64,000 nucleotides of DNA from Limnothrix sp. BL-A-16. GTDB lineage: Bacteria > Cyanobacteriota > Cyanobacteriia > CACIAM-69d. The notes beneath the pieces are model-generated. The model made no database searches. It was not told where the DNA came from and worked only from the letters and a program-made list of their open reading frames with translations. The stretch is taken from positions 1,120,001 to 1,184,000 of the forward strand of contig CP166615.1 in NCBI GenBank assembly GCA_041937175.2. Reading direction: 5' to 3'. Both the position numbers and the translations under genes were made by a program. Below, piece after piece: positions 58,956-64,000 of this stretch (position 1 is its first letter; every line of letters begins with the position of its first letter).

Positions 58956-60770
58956 CTAGGGCACGGTGCTAGCCAGGCGATCGACCAAATTCGCCACATA
59001 ATCTAGCGCTTGGGAAATGGTCGCCGGATCTTCCAAATCCACACCCACATAATGCTTAAGGGCAGCCATTTGGTTTTCGCTGCCCCCACTAGCCAGCAGT
59101 TGCAAATAGCCGGGTACAAAATCTCGGCCCTGCTGGCGATATTGTTGATAGCAAGCCAGGCTCACGATGTCCGAAGCGGCGTATTGGTAGCAGTAAAAGG
59201 GCTTGAAGAAAATGTGACCAATTCGGGCCCAGTCGTATTGGTGCTCCGGCAGAATTTCCACCGCATCGCCACACAAGTCTCGATAGAGACTATCCCAAAC
59301 TTCATTCACAAATTCAGCATCAAACCGTCCCTTTGCAGCCCGATCGTGCAAGGCCAATTCCAAGCGGCTGATGGTGGTTTGTCGGAAGAGCAAACTGAGT
59401 TGATCTTCTAGCTGGCGTGTAATTAAACTGCGCTGCATATTGGGATCGGCGTGGCGATCGAGCAAATAATCCAACAACAGCAGTTCATTAAAAGTGGAAG
59501 CCACTTCCGCCAACACCAAAGGCGGATTGCTGTTGAAATAGCGTTGATGATCGTTAATCCAGGCAAAGTGCAAGCCATGACCCATCTCATGGGCCAAGGT
59601 GAATAGAGAGCTGTAATCGTCGGTGTAGGACAAAAACAAATAGCTATGTTTGCCGTGGGTGTAGTTGCAAAATGCGCCGCCTCGCTTGCCCGGCCGCACG
59701 GACGCATCAACCCAACGGTTTAGGAAAAATTCTTCGGCCCGTCTTGCATAGGTTGCGTCGAATTGTTCCAGGGCCGCCAGCAGGGTTTGAATGCCGTCTT
59801 GGAATGGCAGCGGGGCGATCGGCTCGGTGCTCCAGGGAGCATAAACATCACAGGTGCGAATAGCGGCTCCGGTGGCTTTTGCTTTGATTCGGTAATAGTT
59901 TTGCCAAATTTCGGTGCGATCGCGCGTGCCATTCATCACGGCCCAAAACACCCCTTCGGGCACTTCGTCGCTAATTAACTGTTTTTCCAGGGTCGATCGA
60001 TAGCCGCGCATTTGGTTTTCGATCGCGTGATCCTGGGCGATCGTGCTCAGGATGTAGGCATAGAGGGTGTTGTGCTGTTGGCTGACGGCTCGCACCGAGT
60101 GATAGGCCCGTTCGCGCAGGGTGCGATCGCCCTGAAACAACAGAGCCGAAAGTTCGGCTTCCGTGGTGGCGGTTTTGCCATCGGCCATGGTGACGGGGGT
60201 GTAGGTTTGTTCGCCCAAATGGATCGATCGCAACTGGATAAAGGCTTGCCGCCCGGTCAGGCTGTCCCGATTGCGCGTTTGTTCCACTGCTTCCGGCAAC
60301 CGAAACGGTGCAAATCGCCCCACGGATTCCAGGTAATGGGCATAAAGCCGCAGTTCTGGGGCCTGTCGCAATTCCGCCAAGTGATCGGCGCACATGGCCT
60401 GAAGTTCCAAGTCAAAAAAGACCAGCTCGTTATTCACGGTGGTCAGGGCCGTTTGGATTCGATCGACCTCCGCTTGGGCGGTGGTGTCTCGGGTGTTGGC
60501 CGCAAAGGTGAGCGAGGGAAAGCTCCAAAGATAGCCCACCACCTGGTAGATGCCTTCTAGCTCTTCCAAGGCCTGGGCTAGCTCCTGGGCGGTCAGCGAG
60601 GCCGTGCGATCGCGGTAGGTGATCCGAAAGTTCTCTGCTCGATCGCTCACCCAGTGCAAATCAGCCTCATAGCGGGGATCATCAAATCCCGCGTATAGAT
60701 CGGCTAAATTCCAGGTCAATGGGTCGTTTTTGTCGGTGGCTTGGGCCGTCCCGATCGCACTTGCTACCAT
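58956..60770 (-). CDS. pepF: M3 family oligoendopeptidase F
   Basis: WNLADLY, GKRGGAFC, TLAHEMGH, AEVASTFNE and FYCYQYA. Confidence 0.92.
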   Translation of the reverse strand: MVASAIGTAQATDKNDPLTWNLADLYAGFDDPRYEADLHWVSDRAENFRITYRDRTASLTAQELAQALEELEGIYQVVGYLWSFPSLTFAANTRDTTAQAEVDRIQTALTTVNNELVFFDLELQAMCADHLAELRQAPELRLYAHYLESVGRFAPFRLPEAVEQTRNRDSLTGRQAFIQLRSIHLGEQTYTPVTMADGKTATTEAELSALLFQGDRTLRERAYHSVRAVSQQHNTLYAYILSTIAQDHAIENQMRGYRSTLEKQLISDEVPEGVFWAVMNGTRDRTEIWQNYYRIKAKATGAAIRTCDVYAPWSTEPIAPLPFQDGIQTLLAALEQFDATYARRAEEFFLNRWVDASVRPGKRGGAFCNYTHGKHSYLFLSYTDDYSSLFTLAHEMGHGLHFAWINDHQRYFNSNPPLVLAEVASTFNELLLLDYLLDRHADPNMQRSLITRQLEDQLSLLFRQTTISRLELALHDRAAKGRFDAEFVNEVWDSLYRDLCGDAVEILPEHQYDWARIGHIFFKPFYCYQYAASDIVSLACYQQYRQQGRDFVPGYLQLLASGGSENQMAALKHYVGVDLEDPATISQALDYVANLVDRLASTVP

Positions 60771-60819
60771 AGCTCCAACCTTCGCCTCAACCTTGGGTTC
60801 ACGCAGTAATTTCAGGCGT

Positions 60820-60970
60820 TCAAATTCAATTCAAGCGGGTTCAATCAAGCGGGTTCAATCAGGCCGGCTCGAGTGAGCCAGCTCGATCGATTTGGCTTGA
60901 TCAAGTCGGTTTGATCAACTCGATTTGATCAACTCGATTCGACTGGGTTCAATCAATTTGGCTCGATCGT
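60820..60970. repeat. Degenerate 14-bp tandem array upstream of pepF
   Basis: TTCAATCAAGCGGG and TTTGATCAACTCGA-like units repeated. Confidence 0.65.
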
Positions 60971-61261
60971 AAAACAATCCAGGGTACAGGAGTTGAACCT
61001 GTCTGAGGCGAATTATGAGTTCGCTGCCTAAACCGCTCGGCCAACCCTGGAAAATGTCGGAGACCCAATGCTCAGCGATAGGTTTTGAGGGTGGTCTATC
61101 GCTTTTGGAGAGTCGTGTGAGTTTACACTCGTCATTAATTTTGCCATTGGCCGCTAGTTTGGGCAATATTCTTGGATAGAGTTTGAATGGCTTGAGTGAT
61201 CAGCCAGCCGCCATCTGCTCTGGATCCCTCAACCTCTCTCAAGTAATCTTCATCAACTGCC

Positions 61262-61933
61262 GTGAATCCCAGCGCTGGTTTGACCATTCTGTTGTTGTTG
61301 TTGATGGCGGGCACGGGCATTGCCAGCACCTCCTGGGGCTATAACCTCGGACGGGAGGCGCTGAAGGGCATTGTGCAGCCGGACTTTCGCCCCACGGCGG
61401 ACTCCTCAGGGCGAGGCGGCAAGCGACCGGAACCGGCTCCCCTGAAACTGCTGAATGAGCAACAGTTGCTGGCCAAAACCAAGGCCATCACCCAAACGGC
61501 TCCCGTGGGCAATGCATCGCCAAAGCCGGTGGATCCGGCCCTGACCCAAACCCAACCTCAGGCCAAGCCTTTGTCACAAACGGCGGTGGCCAAGCTGCCC
61601 ATTTCGGCCAAGGCGGAAGGCGTGACCCTGACGGTGGTGGGAGCCAGCCGGGTGGGCGATTCGTTGGTGCTGGAGTTGACGCTGCGCAATCAGGGCGATC
61701 GGGCGGTGCAGTTTCTCTATAGCTTTTTGGAAATGGCGGACGATCGGGGTGATCCCCTGAGCGCGATCGTGGAAGATTTGCCCAGTGAGCTACCGGCCGA
61801 CGGAGCCACCGCTCGGGGCAAGGCGATTGTGCCGACGGTGTTGCTGGATGGGGTGAAGTCGTTGCAACTGTCCCTGACCGATTATCCCGATCAGCAATTA
61901 CAGCTTCAAATTCAGGGAATTCCGGTGCGTTAG
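61262..61933 (+). CDS. Conserved cyanobacterial membrane-anchored protein with an Ig-like C-terminal domain
   Basis: TM segment, GREALKGI, VQFLYSFL and LSLTDYPDQ. Confidence 0.75.
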   Translation: MNPSAGLTILLLLLMAGTGIASTSWGYNLGREALKGIVQPDFRPTADSSGRGGKRPEPAPLKLLNEQQLLAKTKAITQTAPVGNASPKPVDPALTQTQPQAKPLSQTAVAKLPISAKAEGVTLTVVGASRVGDSLVLELTLRNQGDRAVQFLYSFLEMADDRGDPLSAIVEDLPSELPADGATARGKAIVPTVLLDGVKSLQLSLTDYPDQQLQLQIQGIPVR

Positions 61934-62134
61934 GGTCGATCGCCCTTGGCCATACCCCCATCAGCCATGGATTCCAAGAGCATATTGATTCCGAGAGCAG
62001 GTTAACGGCTTTGAGAAAGCCCCGTCAGCAAGATGGCCGAGCCGGTCGTTTTTGAATAGAACCAAGCAAAATCCAGCAAGCTTAACCAGGATCAAGCAAA
62101 CTCGATCAAACTCAATCAAACGGAATTAGTAGCG

Positions 62135-63445
62135 GTGGATAGTCAAGGCTGGACGTTGAGCTTGTGGGTGCTGCTGTTGCCCATCACGCTGAATGCGTTC
62201 TTTGTGGCGGCAGAATTTTCCATGGTGGCTGTGCGACGATCGCGCATTGATCAACTCGTCGCAGATGGGGATCCGGCGGCCCGCAGCGTCCAGTATTTGC
62301 AACAACATGTCGATCGGCTGCTGTCCACAACCCAGTTGGGGATTACCCTGGCGGCCCTCACCCTGGGTTGGTTGGGTCAGTCGGTTTTGGCCGCGCCCTT
62401 AATCAGCGGCGCAATTTACTACTGGCCCGCTGCGGCCGATCGCCCTTTGGTGCAGGCGGCGGCCGTGGGGACGGCGTTTCTATTGGTGGCCTACCTGCAA
62501 ATTGTGTTTGGGGAATTGGGCCCCAAGTCGATCGCCCTGCGCCATGCAGAACAGGTGGCCTTGGTATTGGGGCCGCCCAGCGTCACAATCGGGCGATTTT
62601 TGCAGCCGATCGTTTGGTTTTTGGAACGTTCCACGCGGTGGGTGTTGCGGGCCTTGGGGTTGCGGCCCAGCGATCGCCATTGGGCCAGCCCGATCGCCCT
62701 GTCGGAGTTGCAACAAATTGTGGGCAATTCCACGGAGTCCCCAGACTTGGAAGCCGATGAGCGCCGCCTGCTGCAAAATGTTTTGGCCTTTCGAGCCGTG
62801 ACGGCCCGGGATGTGATGATTCCCCGCACTCAGATGGTGGTGTTGGAACAGTCCGATTCCGTGACGGATTTGCTGGCGGCCGTGGGCCAAACGGGCCACT
62901 TGCGCTACCCGGTGATGGGCGACTCGATCGATGACATTGTGGGCATGGTGCGATTTAAGGATTTGGCCACGCCCCTGGCCGTCGGGGAATTGAGCCTGGA
63001 CACGCCCCTGAGCGCTTGGATTCAGCCCGCTTGTTTTGTGCCGGAATTTGCCAACACAGCGGATTTGTTGCGATCGCTTCGGCGATCGGGACAACCCATG
63101 GCGATCGTGGTCGATGAATTTGGCAACACGGCGGGTTTAGTCACGCTCACCGATGTGGCGGAGGAAATTGTGGGGCCCCTGGCCGCCGACGACAGCTCGA
63201 TCGAGGCGATCGATGAGCAAACCGCCTGCGTGCCCGCCCAAATCACGATCGATGAAGTGAATGGCCGTCTGGGGCTAACCCTGCCCGAAGCCGACGATTA
63301 CCAAACCTTGGCCGGGTTTGTACTCTGTCATCTGCAACGAATTCCCCAAGTGGGCGAAAGCTTTCGTTACAACGGTTTGGAATTTGAAATTGAAGCGGCC
63401 AATGGGGCCCGAATCGATCGGATCCGCATTCGCCGCCTGCACTAG
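62135..63445 (+). CDS. Hemolysin/CNNM family protein (DUF21-CBS-CorC)
   Basis: NAFFVAAEFS, QLGIT, GELGPKS, VMIPR, VVDEFG and TLAGF. Confidence 0.93.
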   Translation: MDSQGWTLSLWVLLLPITLNAFFVAAEFSMVAVRRSRIDQLVADGDPAARSVQYLQQHVDRLLSTTQLGITLAALTLGWLGQSVLAAPLISGAIYYWPAAADRPLVQAAAVGTAFLLVAYLQIVFGELGPKSIALRHAEQVALVLGPPSVTIGRFLQPIVWFLERSTRWVLRALGLRPSDRHWASPIALSELQQIVGNSTESPDLEADERRLLQNVLAFRAVTARDVMIPRTQMVVLEQSDSVTDLLAAVGQTGHLRYPVMGDSIDDIVGMVRFKDLATPLAVGELSLDTPLSAWIQPACFVPEFANTADLLRSLRRSGQPMAIVVDEFGNTAGLVTLTDVAEEIVGPLAADDSSIEAIDEQTACVPAQITIDEVNGRLGLTLPEADDYQTLAGFVLCHLQRIPQVGESFRYNGLEFEIEAANGARIDRIRIRRLH

Positions 63446-63496
63446 ATTCTCAGATCTCCCCATCGAGAATCTTTAAGCTTTGGCCGAAATCAAGCC

Positions 63497-64000
63497 CTAA
63501 ACGCCCACCAGATGGTGGTGATAGGCCGCCCCAAGACCAGCCGCCATTTCAGCGGGGGTGATTTTGCCATCTCGGTTGGAATCTAGGGCATCAAAAACCG
63601 CATCGCTCCCAGCCCATTCTTCACGGGTAATGAAGCCATCCCCGTCCAAATCGTAGACATGGAAAATGTCATCGGCCGCATGGCTGAGGGCTTCTTGGCC
63701 TTCCAGTTGAGCCAGGCGATTTTTTAACAGCAACTCCAGGGATTCTAGGGCTTTCGAGAAGCCTTCAATCCCCTCCGTGAGCTTTTCGGAAGCCATTGCA
63801 TCGTCTTGGTGCATTTGATCGAAAACTTCGCGATTCATTTCGATTTTTTCGATCGGCTCTGCACCGGCCAAGTCAGGACTCAGCTTGCGCACCAGCTCGC
63901 CCTGATTGCTTTCCAGCTCATCCAGGAGGGCCGGCGAAATGGTCAGCAAGTCACAACCGGCCAGTTCCACAATTTCGCCCATATTGCGGAAACTCGCCCC
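63497..64000 (-). CDS. tal: Transaldolase with a C-terminal EF-hand domain (5' part outside the window)
   Basis: GASFRNMGEI, LAGCDLLTISPALL, EKLTEGI, and EF hands DLDGDGFIT and DSNRDGKIT. Confidence 0.93.
   Translation of the reverse strand, partial: GASFRNMGEIVELAGCDLLTISPALLDELESNQGELVRKLSPDLAGAEPIEKIEMNREVFDQMHQDDAMASEKLTEGIEGFSKALESLELLLKNRLAQLEGQEALSHAADDIFHVYDLDGDGFITREEWAGSDAVFDALDSNRDGKITPAEMAAGLGAAYHHHLVGV

Noticed and set aside
63497..63680. EF-hand fusion on transaldolase as a novelty
   Set aside because: Already known in cyanobacterial transaldolases.
1..64000. Extreme abundance of GCGATCGC/CGATCG
   Set aside because: This is the well-known cyanobacterial HIP1 motif; it was used only as a marker of native versus foreign DNA.

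Overview
A 64-kb stretch of a cyanobacterial chromosome. It is fairly GC-rich and very rich in HIP1 (GCGATCGC/CGATCG), and it carries psbY, sipA, cdv3-like and an EF-hand transaldolase. A Limnothrix-like filamentous strain is a guess from composition only. Most of the window is housekeeping or conserved genes: rnc, rnpB, ruvA, rplU/rpmA, coaD, folC, pilT, gnd, malic enzyme, pepA, acs, ampG, pepF, tal and two class III nucleotide cyclases. Features missing from the ORF track include a UPF0175 gene at the left edge, psbY, RNase P RNA, 6S RNA with an extended -10 promoter, and a decayed tnpB 3' end/right end just upstream of pilT. The accessory content is most interesting at about 29.1-37.6 kb. 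That stretch holds an IS5 fragment inserted at the centre of a 20-bp REP-like palindrome, an orphan YegI-like membrane kinase, a GTAG-REP cluster, and a CHAT(caspase-like)-STAND NTPase-TPR protein with near-identical, apparently shuffled 120-bp TPR repeats. AT-rich, HIP1-poor islands carry a NYN-LOTUS nuclease, a sulfotransferase-like gene and a PIN toxin pair. Across the window there is a nested set of small mobile repeats: two MITE families, a palindrome that is both cargo and insertion target, and many short tandem arrays. No CRISPR array, tRNA or rRNA was seen. All family calls come from motif recognition by eye; no database searches were run.
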